A stretch of 64,000 nucleotides of DNA from Candidatus Kapaibacterium sp. (GTDB lineage Bacteria > Bacteroidota > Ignavibacteria > Kapaibacteriales > WFXC01). The translations under genes were made by a program, and so were the position numbers. Below the pieces are notes generated by a model. The model was not told the origin of the DNA. It ran no database searches and saw only the letters and a program-made list of their open reading frames with translations. Location: positions 1,073 to 65,072 of the forward strand of contig WFXC01000017.1 of the NCBI GenBank assembly GCA_015490805.1, in the 5' to 3' direction. Below, piece after piece: positions 1-9,714 of this stretch; positions within the stretch are counted from its first letter, which is position 1, and every line of letters begins with the position of its first letter.

Positions 1-449
1 ACATAGTGAATCCCCCACACAGAAGTCGGATATGCTACGTAGCTTGCCATATCCAGCTCTTCTTCCCGACTGGTTGCTGTTACAACAACCTTTCCGGAAC
101 TTCGGATCCGAATCGCTGTATACTCGATCTTTCCGACCTGATCCTCCAGCAGTGGCAACTCCTGCCGGGTTGTCAGCACTCGCACTTCTCCCCTGCGGAG
201 CACAAATGGCGGCAACTGCCACCCAAGTGCCGGCACATCAACCCACACCATCCCGCTATCGATACCAATGATAGCAACCAAAAGATGTGGGCGATGATGG
301 CCATCTGACGGTGGAACAACAACCCAGAACTGGCGTCCTGCATAGGCATTCGCCATCGCAAGGGAACACTCTCGCGCATATCCCCAACTCCCGCTGCTCA
401 GCCAGCACAGAACACCTAAAACCGAACACAATAATCCTTCGAATTTCAT
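1..449 (-). CDS. hypothetical exported protein (N-terminal ~149 codons; C-terminus lies beyond the window edge)
   Basis: Own translation of the minus strand. ATG at 449-447 is preceded by GGAGGAG about 7 nt upstream. The frame stays open to position 1, which explains its absence from the ORF track. The N-terminus MKFEGLLCSVLGVLCWLSSGSWGYA looks like a signal peptide. No family recognised. Confidence 0.5.
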   Translation of the reverse strand, partial: MKFEGLLCSVLGVLCWLSSGSWGYARECSLAMANAYAGRQFWVVVPPSDGHHRPHLLVAIIGIDSGMVWVDVPALGWQLPPFVLRRGEVRVLTTRQELPLLEDQVGKIEYTAIRIRSSGKVVVTATSREEELDMASYVAYPTSVWGIHY

Positions 450-487
450 AATTGTTCTCCTCCCTGCCTCCACTAATAATGCAAGCT

Positions 488-775
488 TCACGGAAGTGTT
501 GCCTGACAACCAGGAATAGGCATTACCTGTTTGCTCTGCTCTAGCCGCAGATCCATCTCCCGCACCTGTCCTTTCACCACCTCCATCATCTCTTCATACA
601 TCAACACCTTCTCCTGACGACTGTCCAGCAATAACTCAAAACATCCATCACCCACCTTCGCCGGTTTGCCAAACTGTATCCGCCCCTCTGTCCGCCATCC
701 TTCCAGGTGTCCTGCCAATGGCAATTCTGCTGGAACAACGAAGTCATCCATCCAACTGGTAAATACTGCTGTCAT
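488..775 (-). CDS. hypothetical small protein (95 aa)
   Basis: ORF track 488..775. ATG at 775 is preceded by GGAGG with an 8-nt spacer. It is co-directional with, and 38 nt upstream of, the next CDS. No recognisable motif. Confidence 0.4.
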   Translation of the reverse strand: MTAVFTSWMDDFVVPAELPLAGHLEGWRTEGRIQFGKPAKVGDGCFELLLDSRQEKVLMYEEMMEVVKGQVREMDLRLEQSKQVMPIPGCQATLP

Positions 776-889
776 TTGAAATGCCTCCAGCCTTTATGAA
801 ACAGCCATTTCGCTCATCCAGGAAAAGCAAATTACAAAAAATTCCGGACACAGGCAAGACCGTCGGAGAAGGTCCGGGAGGGTATGATT

Positions 890-1395
890 CAACGGGCATT
901 GCCCTCACCCTTACCCTGTTCCGGAGGGAGAGGGAATTTTTGCATCGGTAGGGGCGACCCGGCTGGTCGCCCATCGGGCGAAGCAGCGCTGCGTCCCTCC
1001 CTATCGTGCCGGAAGTACACACTTCAGCGGGCATTGCTGCCGGCTAAAGCCGGCGCTCCCAGTCGGAACGCACACTTCAGCGTGCATTTACCGGGAACGC
1101 ATCCTTTAGGGTGCACTTTCTTTGCCGACGAAAGTCGGTGCTCCCAGTGAGGTGCTCCCTGTTACTGGGAAGGTATGCTTCAGCGTGCATTGCCCTCACT
1201 CTTACCCTCTCCCAGAGGGAGAGGGGATTCTTTGCCGGCTAAGTCGGCGCTCCCAGTTGTTGCCGGCGAAAGCTGATGGTTCCGGGACAGAGGCGACCTG
1301 CACCGGGTATAGGGCAGACACATCGGTCTGCCTCTACCACCACGCATTACTGAACTGGCAGATTCCGTGCGCACCGCTTTCCGTACGCATAGATT
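890..1395. repeat. mosaic array of short GC-rich hairpin modules (REP/BIME-like), array 1
   Basis: Recurring modules were read directly. tgccgRcKaaagYcggYgctcccagt occurs at about 1038, 1123, 1233 and 1261. cacttcagcgKgcatt occurs at about 1019, 1071 and 1176. gcatcctttagggtgcac is at about 1099. gccctcacYcttaccct..agggagaggg occurs at about 900 and 1192. gggcgacccggctggtcgccc is at about 951. The ORFs called here (884..1150, 1122..1439, 1180..1425) are repeat translations. Confidence 0.75.
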
Positions 1396-1441
1396 CCAAT
1401 GGGAATCCCAGCAGAACATCCTCACTCCAAAAGAAGTGATG

Positions 1442-2059
1442 CTACCCCAGAAACTTGTTGCGTTCCTTTTTGAGCTCCCGGACCAGTTTCTGGAGCGCCG
1501 GATTGGACGACTGCTCCGCCAGCGGGATGTATCGCTGCGAGGTTTCCTGAATGTACTTGATGGGATTGCGCTTGAGGTTGTACTGAAGGGAGCGGAAATT
1601 GTCCAGCCGGGCTGCCAGGCGGATGATAAGGCAGTCTTCGCTGGCGTGCTGGAGCTGCTGAATGTGTTCCTGCTCTACCCGCTCGGGATCCACTTTCTGA
1701 AGCTCCAGATCCTTCGTGAGAGTGTCTACAATGTAGGCAACGTACGGACCGAAGTTGTACTCCAGCACCGCCGGGGTCAGCACTTCGGAATCCTCCAGCA
1801 CATCGTGGAGCAGCGCAGCGGCGATGACGTCGGCGTCGTAGATGTGGAGTTCATCGATGAGAATCTTCGCAACGCGGGTGGAGTGGTAAAAATACGGGCT
1901 GCCATCGCTTCGAACCTGAAACTGGTGGACGTGCTCGGCTAATTCGTACGCACTTACGACCTTCTGCAACTCGATTGGATCCAGCTTGTCTTCCAATCGC
2001 GCAATGAGCTCTTCTTTTGACAGATATGTCAAATGGTAATCTGGTTGCCTGACCTCCAT
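1442..2059 (-). CDS. HD-domain protein, RelA/SpoT-type (p)ppGpp hydrolase-like
   Basis: 205 aa. The motif HSTRVAKIL...AAALLHDVLEDS matches the HD hydrolase domain of RelA/SpoT and small alarmone hydrolases. ATG at 2059. recN stops 5 nt upstream. Confidence 0.7.
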   Translation of the reverse strand: MEVRQPDYHLTYLSKEELIARLEDKLDPIELQKVVSAYELAEHVHQFQVRSDGSPYFYHSTRVAKILIDELHIYDADVIAAALLHDVLEDSEVLTPAVLEYNFGPYVAYIVDTLTKDLELQKVDPERVEQEHIQQLQHASEDCLIIRLAARLDNFRSLQYNLKRNPIKYIQETSQRYIPLAEQSSNPALQKLVRELKKERNKFLG

Positions 2060-2063
2060 ACAC

Positions 2064-3785
2064 CTACGTGCCGTTACTCACACGAGTTAATTGCCGCGCA
2101 CTTTCCAGCAGCGCATCGGTAATTTCCTCTCCTCCCATCAGGCGGGCAACTTCATACAACCGCTCTTTTGGTGGCAGAGATCGTGCTGTGACCACTGTGC
2201 GCTGTCCAACCACCTGCTTTTGCACCACGATATGTTCGTCTGCCAGCGCCGCAATTTGCGGCAAATGCGTGATAGCAATAATCTGATGGTATCGCGACAG
2301 ATTCTTCAACGCCTTCCCCACTTTTTGCGCAATGCGCCCGCTGATTCCAACATCGATTTCGTCAAAAACGAGCATAGGCAAACGATCCGATTTTGCAAGA
2401 ATTGTCTTCAGCGCCAGCATAATCCGGGAAATTTCACCCCCGGAAGCAACCTCTACCAGCGGTTTCGGTTTTTCTCCAACATTGGTCGATATAAAAAATT
2501 CTACTGAATCGATTCCGCGCTCGAAGCACCGATAGCACCCCTCATCGGTTGCCGCTACGACCATTTCAGCCGTACAATCCAGCGGATGTTGTAGTATTTG
2601 TATCCGGAACGTCGGATGGGCAATTCCCAGATGCTGGAGCAATTGTTCCACCTGCTTTTCCACCTCCGCTGCCACTTTTCGCCGGCGATGGGATAATTTC
2701 AGCGCAATTTTGCCAACCTGCCGCTGGCGCTCCGCTATCTGCTGTTGCAACTGTCGCAGTGCTTCCTCAAAATTTTCTGCCAGCTCCAGCTCTCGCTGCA
2801 ATTGAGCCTTCGCTGCCAGTACCTGCTCCAGCGAGCCGTACTTGCGAATTAAGCTCCGCAACTGAGAAAGCCGCTGCCGGATATGCTCGATCCGCTGCGG
2901 ATCGAATTCTATTTCCGACTCATACCGCTGCACAAATCGGGCAAACTCTTCAACCATCACAATGGCTGATTGCACATCCGCACGGTAGGGATCAAACACG
3001 CCGTCGATCTGCTGCAACTGCTCCACCAGCGACCGAACCTGGATCAACTGATCGCGAATCGCTGCTTCCCCCTCGTACAGCAACGTCGAAAGCTGGTGGA
3101 GCGCATCGATGATAAATTCTGCATTCTCCAGCACGGATAACTCCCGCTCCAGCGCCTCTTCTTCACCCGGCTGTGGATCAATGTGCTCAATCTCTTCGAG
3201 TCGAAACCGGTTGAACGCTTCCTCCTGTCGCAACTGTTGCTCCCGTTGCTGCAGGGATTCGTATTCTGCCACTGCGGCTTTCAACTGCTGCAATGCCTGT
3301 TGATACTGTTCAACGATGCCTTCCAGCCCTCCGACATTATCCAGCAATTTCTGCTGAACCGGCACCCGCAACAGGGATTGATGTTCGTGCTGACCGTGGA
3401 AATCCACCAGGTAATTACCCAACTCCTTCAGCGTGGCAACTTTCGCTGGGGTATCATTCACAAAAGCGCGACTCAATCCATTGGTATAAATTTCCCGCCG
3501 CAGCAGCAACAGTCCTTCCTGCAACAGGTCAAACTCGTGGCGTTCCAGAAACTGCTCAATCGTTCGATTGCCCCGAATATCGAAGATTCCTTCAATCACC
3601 GCCTTTTTCGCCCCGCTTCGCACGACCGTCGCCGATGCCCGTTCCCCCAGCAGCAATGACAGCGCATCGACGATAATCGATTTGCCTGCCCCGGTTTCAC
3701 CGGTGATAATGTTCAAACCAGCACCAAAATCCAGTTCCAACTGGTCAATCAGTGCAAATTGCTGGATTGCTAAGTGCTTCAGCAT
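2064..3785 (-). CDS. recN: DNA repair protein RecN
   Basis: The N-terminus MLKHLAIQQFALIDQLELDF, Walker A GETGAGKSI, long coiled-coil middle and C-terminal LVFDEIDVGISG are typical of RecN. The track ORF begins at TTG 3797; the first ATG at 3785 gives the canonical ML.. start. Confidence 0.9.
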   Translation of the reverse strand: MLKHLAIQQFALIDQLELDFGAGLNIITGETGAGKSIIVDALSLLLGERASATVVRSGAKKAVIEGIFDIRGNRTIEQFLERHEFDLLQEGLLLLRREIYTNGLSRAFVNDTPAKVATLKELGNYLVDFHGQHEHQSLLRVPVQQKLLDNVGGLEGIVEQYQQALQQLKAAVAEYESLQQREQQLRQEEAFNRFRLEEIEHIDPQPGEEEALERELSVLENAEFIIDALHQLSTLLYEGEAAIRDQLIQVRSLVEQLQQIDGVFDPYRADVQSAIVMVEEFARFVQRYESEIEFDPQRIEHIRQRLSQLRSLIRKYGSLEQVLAAKAQLQRELELAENFEEALRQLQQQIAERQRQVGKIALKLSHRRRKVAAEVEKQVEQLLQHLGIAHPTFRIQILQHPLDCTAEMVVAATDEGCYRCFERGIDSVEFFISTNVGEKPKPLVEVASGGEISRIMLALKTILAKSDRLPMLVFDEIDVGISGRIAQKVGKALKNLSRYHQIIAITHLPQIAALADEHIVVQKQVVGQRTVVTARSLPPKERLYEVARLMGGEEITDALLESARQLTRVSNGT

Positions 3786-3857
3786 ACCGTCACGCAATTA
3801 TTTTTGTTTTGCACTGCTCAGTGACGTTTGTGCGCCCTGCTTCAGTTTCGCCCTGCC

Positions 3858-5189
3858 TCATCGAATATCGACCAATCGATACTGACGCTGGAAGCGTTCA
3901 AACACAAAAATTTTGCCAATATAGGGGCGATAATCCCACACTTCCCGCACCGTTCCATCCGGGTCAAATTCCCGCTGGATCGACGCCGGTGGTCCGAAGC
4001 AGACATACGCGCGCTGGCGATCATCCAGTCGCCGCTGCATTTTCCATTGAGAGCCCAGATTAAACAGGGCATAGTCCACGCGGCGGTAGAACGCCACCAG
4101 TGCCTCGTTATACGCTGTTTTCGGCGTTGGATCCAGATACTGCCAGAAGGCGTGGAATTTCCGCAACTGTTCATCGGAGGATCCACCAGTCAGCCAATCT
4201 TCCTGCTCATCGTTCAATAAGATCCGCACCATTCGTTGCGCGGTCCGCAGTTGAAGCAACGAAACAGGGTGGCGGATCCACCGTACAGCAAACCGGTACT
4301 GAGCAAGGATCCCGGAACCATCGGGTTTCCAGAGTGACAGGCGATAGTGCCCGGGAAATAAAGCAGCAGGCGCAATTGGCAACCTGAGCCATCCAATCGT
4401 GGGATGCGCTCCGGGCACCTGTCGCAGTGGTGTCCCTGAAAGTGGTGGCAGTTCTACAAACACCGTGTCTGATACTTCCCGCAGGGTAACAATTCCCGGA
4501 AAAAATTTCGCTCTTCCCTGCAGTGGTTGCCAGGGCACCCATTGCCACACTTCAGGCTCCTGCTCTTCTCCTGCTCGCTCCAGTCGCCAGGGAATACCAT
4601 CGACTGCGGCGGTTCGGATTACCGGCAGCAGCAGCACGCCGGAATCTGGCGCATACGGCACTGCCCGATGCAAAAAGACGGGTTCCAGGTGGTTCTGCCG
4701 AACCCGCAGTGCAACAGGAGCAAAGATTTCACCCCACGGCGTCACTGCCGATCGGATGGTATCATACAGCACTTCAGCCCGTGGATGCCGGAAGCGGACG
4801 GCAATGAAGTAAGGCTGTTTTTTCAAACGAGTTTGATAGACCCGCCGAATATGCTGGCGAACGCCCTGTGGTGAGCGAATGTGCACCGTATCGTGAATTG
4901 GAATGCTGCGAACAATAAACCGCGCTGTATCCCGGAACTCCCATACAAAGGAGACCGGCACCGCATTGCCGCCCGGAGTTTGCCCTTCCAGCGCATTCCC
5001 ATTGAAATCAACGCACAGGGACACCGCAATAGAATCCGGGGTAAACGGTAGCGTCACCAGTTGTACTCGCACCGGATGTTCCCGATAGAGCAACTGCTCT
5101 TTGCCTCGCTGCGCCAGCGCGGCATAGCTGATCGTGATCATCAGAAGGAACAGGATCCAGCGTGTTTGTTGCCGCATTGCTTTGCTCAT
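3858..5189 (-). CDS. GWxTD-domain exported protein
   Basis: 443 aa with a signal peptide (WILFLLMITISYAALAQ). The C-terminal region FWQYLDPTPKTAYNEALVAFYRRVDYA...DDRQRAYVCFGPP resembles the GWxTD domain of FCB-group bacteria; the GW.TD core is degenerate. Its start overlaps the ruvX stop as ATGA. Confidence 0.6.
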   Translation of the reverse strand: MSKAMRQQTRWILFLLMITISYAALAQRGKEQLLYREHPVRVQLVTLPFTPDSIAVSLCVDFNGNALEGQTPGGNAVPVSFVWEFRDTARFIVRSIPIHDTVHIRSPQGVRQHIRRVYQTRLKKQPYFIAVRFRHPRAEVLYDTIRSAVTPWGEIFAPVALRVRQNHLEPVFLHRAVPYAPDSGVLLLPVIRTAAVDGIPWRLERAGEEQEPEVWQWVPWQPLQGRAKFFPGIVTLREVSDTVFVELPPLSGTPLRQVPGAHPTIGWLRLPIAPAALFPGHYRLSLWKPDGSGILAQYRFAVRWIRHPVSLLQLRTAQRMVRILLNDEQEDWLTGGSSDEQLRKFHAFWQYLDPTPKTAYNEALVAFYRRVDYALFNLGSQWKMQRRLDDRQRAYVCFGPPASIQREFDPDGTVREVWDYRPYIGKIFVFERFQRQYRLVDIR

Positions 5190-5662
5190 ACCCGCACCAT
5201 TTGCACAACTTCCTCCAGCAGCAACGCTGCCGCCAGCGCATCGATGCCGGCGTGCCGCGTCTTTTTCTGCAACTTTCGCTTCCGCTGTACCTGCCGGGCG
5301 TGAGCGGTTGTATAACTTTCATCAACCAGCACCACTGGTAACTGAATTTTCCGGCGCAGTGCGGTTGCAAATTGCTGAACCAGCGGCAGGAGTCGGGAAG
5401 TACGCTGCCGATCCCACAGTGGAATCCCCACGACCACTGCTCCTACCTGATGCTCCTGACACACCTGCTGGATCACCTGCCAGTGCTGTCCATCATTGGC
5501 GATGGTCATCAGCGGTGTTGCGCCCAGCCACAGTGGATCGGTCACTGCCAATCCGATGCGCTTTGTTCCGAAATCAATGCCCAGCAAAGGTCGTTTCGGC
5601 TCCAATGACGACAACGTATTGAGAGCCGTTGAATCGAATTTGTCCATTGCTGCTGACTCCAT
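5186..5662 (-). CDS. ruvX: Holliday junction resolvase-like RuvX (YqgF)
   Basis: LLGIDFGTKRIGLAVTD is the N-terminal motif of the YqgF/RuvX family; length about 150 aa. The start is ambiguous (ATG 5662 or 5647, TTG 5605). Every option overlaps the upstream kinase gene. Confidence 0.85.
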   Translation of the reverse strand: MESAAMDKFDSTALNTLSSLEPKRPLLGIDFGTKRIGLAVTDPLWLGATPLMTIANDGQHWQVIQQVCQEHQVGAVVVGIPLWDRQRTSRLLPLVQQFATALRRKIQLPVVLVDESYTTAHARQVQRKRKLQKKTRHAGIDALAAALLLEEVVQMVRV

Positions 5663-7907
5663 TCCCCATACTCCGCTGGAAACTTGCTCGCAGCTCCGGT
5701 TTGCGCGGCAGGTAAAACGTCAACCTGGTGCCGTGTCCCGGTGCTGTTTCAATCTTTAAGATCCCCCGATGTTCCAGCACTGCTCGCATTATAATGGTCG
5801 TTCCCAGACCCGTTCCCTGGTGGAAACCGGTTTCAAACGGGGTTAAAAATTTTTTCAATGCCGCCTCATCCATCCCTTTGCCATCGTCCTGAACGACGAT
5901 TTCCACCATATCCCATTGGCAGCGGCAGCGGAGCAGGATGGTACCGGAGCGATGTTCCAGCGCTTTAATCGCATTCTCACCCGCATTGCGAATACCTCGC
6001 TCCAGAATCCTGGGATATCCCACCATATCACAGCGATCTGCTTTCACAACGATCCGGGCTTCCGGATGGGAAATCGCTATCAGATCATCCCGGATCTGGG
6101 CAAACAATTCCTCCAGTTGAATCTCCTCTGGCTTCTGCTGTGCGGGCGCTGCCAGCAGCATAATATCACGCACCCGTCCCTGCAAAATGCGCACCTGTGC
6201 AGAAATTTTTTTCACAAAAAACGCTTCCTCGCTCTTGATCCGGCGACTCAATTGATCCGCATTCAGCCGGATAATGGAAAGATTGGTCTGCATATCGTGC
6301 ACCAACTGCGCCCAGTTAATCAGCCGCTGGTGGCGCATCACTTCAGTAATATCCCGCCCAATGACCAGAATGCCGCGGGAACGTCCCAGCATTCCGCGCA
6401 ATGGAATAATGTGGAAAAGCCATTCCCGTATTCCCTGTGCCGTCGATGATCGCAGATCCACTTTAAAATTAGCACGCACCTGCTCCTGCTGTACCTTTTG
6501 CACCGCTTCAAACAATTCTTTCAAAGCTGGCACCTGCTGCATCAGTGCGCCAATACTCTGTCCAATTGCTGTTTCTCCACCCAGCAATTCCTGTCCCACG
6601 TGATTGGAGCGAATCAACCGGAGTCGATTATCGAAGACCCAGAAAGCATCCGCCATTGGCAACACGAACAACGTCCGCATCAACCGGCGGTACTGGAACA
6701 GGCGGACAAAGACCAGCAGCACCATTGCCGCCACCACTGCACCGAGGAGATATTCCCAGTACTGCTCGATCGCTATCCGCTCCCACAGGGGTCGAGCTTC
6801 CAGACGGATAACCCGTACGCCCTGCTCCGGATCTTTGATGAGCACAAAAGCATCCTCTACCAGTAGCGCCTCCATCTGCGAACAGTACCGTTTCAAAAGT
6901 GTCATTGGCAGCACAAAGAGCAAACGTCCTTGCAGATCGACCCCCATCAAGGCGGTCGCTGTTCCCAGCAGAATTGTTCCCCGGTGTGCGGCAATCAAAA
7001 ACGGATCTCTGGCAGGATATTCCACCTCGTATCCCTGCCAGTGCAGCCGCTGGCGATCCATCGACCCTATCCGGAGCTCTGCTCGCTCGCCGTGCGGTGC
7101 GACGGCAACCACGGTCGGTACACCATCCTCGACCACAACGGTATATTCGCATTCTCGAAATGGGATAACGCTGGCAGTCAGAGGCTGCAGCGTTGCAGGA
7201 TGCAGCATCGTGAGCACAGCGTAATACGGGAATTGATGCACCACCAGTAATCCATCTGCTACTTTCCGCAGCAGCTTTGGTTCGCCTACTGCCAGTTGCA
7301 CGCGCCGAACCAGCATCCCATCAACCCACTGGGTCAAATAGGACAAATTTGGCAGGCGATGGAGCATCCACAGCGTATCCTGCACAATGACAAAATCCAC
7401 CACCGATCCTTCGGGAAGCGGATAGTGTGCTACGGTATCAGCAGACAGATCGCCGATGTACAGCGTCTGCCCTATGATCGCATACAGGACGTTCTGCACC
7501 TGCGCGGCACGGGCAACGGGCTGGGATGGCAGCGTCACGCCGTCTGCCAGTTCTACCTGTTTCTTCATCCCTCCTTCGGCGTTCACAATGCGATACTGCA
7601 ACCGCCGATTATGAGCATCATACAAAAGAATGCCGAAGCGACCGGCTTTCAACGGCAGCGTCGCAAGCAATTGTCCCGGCAATGTCCATTCCCGAATGAC
7701 TTTCAGGGTTGGCAGAAGGCGGAGGAAAAAATGCGGTGTGTGTTGATCTGTCGTCTCGCTCAGCGTCAGAATTCGTTGAGCATCCACCATCCACACCTGC
7801 GCTGCCGGCACCTCCCGTTCCAGATACGCTCCATACGGTGGTTGCAGCACAGCAGCAACACCCTTCAGCGTCAGGATCGTCCACAGAACAAAAAGCAGCC
7901 GACTCAT
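5574..7907 (-). CDS. sensor histidine kinase with large N-terminal extracytoplasmic domain
   Basis: 777 aa. It has a signal or TM segment, a region of about 370 aa, then a second TM and a PAS-like segment. H-box is LVHDMQTNLS, N-box is NAGENAIKA, and G-boxes are DDGKGM and GTGLGT. ATG 7907 overlaps the ispF stop as ATGA. Confidence 0.85.
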   Translation of the reverse strand: MSRLLFVLWTILTLKGVAAVLQPPYGAYLEREVPAAQVWMVDAQRILTLSETTDQHTPHFFLRLLPTLKVIREWTLPGQLLATLPLKAGRFGILLYDAHNRRLQYRIVNAEGGMKKQVELADGVTLPSQPVARAAQVQNVLYAIIGQTLYIGDLSADTVAHYPLPEGSVVDFVIVQDTLWMLHRLPNLSYLTQWVDGMLVRRVQLAVGEPKLLRKVADGLLVVHQFPYYAVLTMLHPATLQPLTASVIPFRECEYTVVVEDGVPTVVAVAPHGERAELRIGSMDRQRLHWQGYEVEYPARDPFLIAAHRGTILLGTATALMGVDLQGRLLFVLPMTLLKRYCSQMEALLVEDAFVLIKDPEQGVRVIRLEARPLWERIAIEQYWEYLLGAVVAAMVLLVFVRLFQYRRLMRTLFVLPMADAFWVFDNRLRLIRSNHVGQELLGGETAIGQSIGALMQQVPALKELFEAVQKVQQEQVRANFKVDLRSSTAQGIREWLFHIIPLRGMLGRSRGILVIGRDITEVMRHQRLINWAQLVHDMQTNLSIIRLNADQLSRRIKSEEAFFVKKISAQVRILQGRVRDIMLLAAPAQQKPEEIQLEELFAQIRDDLIAISHPEARIVVKADRCDMVGYPRILERGIRNAGENAIKALEHRSGTILLRCRCQWDMVEIVVQDDGKGMDEAALKKFLTPFETGFHQGTGLGTTIIMRAVLEHRGILKIETAPGHGTRLTFYLPRKPELRASFQRSMGNGVSSNGQIRFNGSQYVVVIGAETTFAGH

Positions 7908-8389
7908 TCGTTGCCTGCGGATGCCGGTTTAAGCAAACAGACCACCCAGGCGGCAACCGCCTCCCCGTTGCCAAGACTATCCAGTTGCTCATTGGTGGTC
8001 GCTTTGATTGACACCGCGGAAAGGGGCACCTGACAGAGTTCAGCGATGCGGCGCCGCATTGCCTGCTTATAGGGTGCAATTTTCGGTTGCTGGAGTACGA
8101 TGGTGCCATCAATATGGGCAACGCTCAAATGCCGCGCCTGCAATGCTGCAATGATGGCTTCAACAAACGTTGCACTATCGGCGCCCTTCCACTGCGGATC
8201 GGTATCCGGAAACCATTCTCCAATATCACCCAGGGCAGCCGCTCCCAGCAAAGCATCGCACAGAGCGTGGAGCAGCACATCCCCATCGCTATGGGCAACC
8301 GTCCCTCGATCTGATGGAATCTCTATGCCGCCCAGCTTCAGCCGATGCCCGCGCGCCAGCCGGTGAATATCATAACCGATGCCAACCAT
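7904..8389 (-). CDS. ispF: 2-C-methyl-D-erythritol 2,4-cyclodiphosphate synthase
   Basis: The motifs IGYDIHRL, HSDGDVLLHALCDALLGA and GDIGEWFPDTDP are IspF signatures. The track start 8419 is TTG; the first ATG at 8389 gives a canonical protein of about 161 aa. Confidence 0.9.
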   Translation of the reverse strand: MVGIGYDIHRLARGHRLKLGGIEIPSDRGTVAHSDGDVLLHALCDALLGAAALGDIGEWFPDTDPQWKGADSATFVEAIIAALQARHLSVAHIDGTIVLQQPKIAPYKQAMRRRIAELCQVPLSAVSIKATTNEQLDSLGNGEAVAAWVVCLLKPASAGNE

Positions 8390-8478
8390 CGTTATAAGGA
8401 AGAATTTTAGCTGTTTCAAACGTTGCGCTGTCTCTACACAACGAATAACAACTGAGAGTATGGCAAATTCTGTACAGT

Positions 8479-9714
8479 ATGAGGCTTGAGCGTAGTGAAC
8501 ACCCGGTGATTCTGACGGTTTCAGAAATCACGCGGGCAATAAAATCGGTTTTAGAGGACGAATTCCCCGTTGTCTACGTCCGTGGCGAAGTCTCGAACTT
8601 TAAACAGCACACTTCCGGACATCGATATTTTACGATCAAAGATGCCGAAGCGCAAATCCAGTGTGTGCTGTGGCGCTCCCGACGGCTCTTGTTCCAACTG
8701 ACCGATGGAATGGAAGTTATCGTCGAAGGGCGACTGACCGTTTATGCTCGACAGGGCAACTACCAGATCGACTGCTCCCGCGTCATTCCGGCAGGCAAAG
8801 GGGATCTGTATCTGGCATTTGAGCAACTAAAGCAGAAATTAGCCGCCAAAGGGTACTTTGCTGAAGAGCGGAAGCGCCCGCTGCCACCGTTTCCGCACAA
8901 AATCGGCATTGTTACCTCCATTTCCGGCGCAGCGATCCGGGACATTCTCACCACGCTCAAACGCCGTATGCCGCTGGTCGAAGTCCTGATCCGCCCCACG
9001 CTGGTGCAGGGTGAAAGCGCACCGCAGGACATTGCGCAGGCGATAGCGGAGCTAAATCAAACTGATTGCGACGTTATCATTGTTGCCCGTGGCGGTGGAT
9101 CTATCGAGGATCTGTGGGCATTCAATACGGAAATCGTCGCTGAAGCAATTTACCGATCTCGCATTCCGGTGATCTCTGCGGTGGGACACGAAGTGGACTT
9201 CACCATTGCCGACTTTGTAGCGGACAGGCGGGCAGCCACGCCGACGGCGGCAGCGCAGGTGGTCGTCCGCGATCGCACCGAAGTGCAGCAGCAACTGCAC
9301 GCAGCGCTTCGCCGACTCCAGGCAGCCGTGCAGAGCCAGCTTCAGCTTCGGAAGCAACGCATCGAGCATCTCCAGCACCTGCTGGAACGGCGATCACCGC
9401 TGCACCAGATTCACGAATATGCCCAATATCTGGACACGCTCCAGATGCGCCTGCAGAGTGCAATGCTTCGGGCATTGAACCATCGCCGGCAACTCATTGA
9501 CCGCCTTGCTGCCCATTTGCGCTCCCTTCACCCTTTTGCCCCGCTCAGCAAAGGATATGCCCTGCTGCGGAGCAACGGTCACTATCTCGCTGCTAATGAG
9601 CCGTTGCACCCCGGCGACAGCATTCGGATCGTCCGGGCGCAGCAAATTGCTACCGCAACCGTGGAACACGTCCAACCAGGAGATCAGGCTGATGGGATCG
9701 ATGAAAACTTTTGA
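8479..9714 (+). CDS. xseA: exodeoxyribonuclease VII large subunit
   Basis: 411 aa. It has the N-terminal OB-fold motif VRGEVSNFKQHTSGHRYFTIKD, the catalytic region ARGGGSIEDLWAFN, and a C-terminal coiled coil. Confidence 0.9.
   Translation: MRLERSEHPVILTVSEITRAIKSVLEDEFPVVYVRGEVSNFKQHTSGHRYFTIKDAEAQIQCVLWRSRRLLFQLTDGMEVIVEGRLTVYARQGNYQIDCSRVIPAGKGDLYLAFEQLKQKLAAKGYFAEERKRPLPPFPHKIGIVTSISGAAIRDILTTLKRRMPLVEVLIRPTLVQGESAPQDIAQAIAELNQTDCDVIIVARGGGSIEDLWAFNTEIVAEAIYRSRIPVISAVGHEVDFTIADFVADRRAATPTAAAQVVVRDRTEVQQQLHAALRRLQAAVQSQLQLRKQRIEHLQHLLERRSPLHQIHEYAQYLDTLQMRLQSAMLRALNHRRQLIDRLAAHLRSLHPFAPLSKGYALLRSNGHYLAANEPLHPGDSIRIVRAQQIATATVEHVQPGDQADGIDENF

Noticed and set aside
884-1439. ORFs 884..1150, 1122..1439 and 1180..1425. 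Their counterparts 11211..11423, 11273..11668, 11326..11541, 11481..11684 and 11571..12059 lie in array 2.
   Set aside because: These ORFs lie entirely in, or run out of, the hairpin-module arrays. Their translations (PTKVGAPS, GRPLGEA and similar) are just repeat readings. They overlap each other on both strands, and no start context was found.
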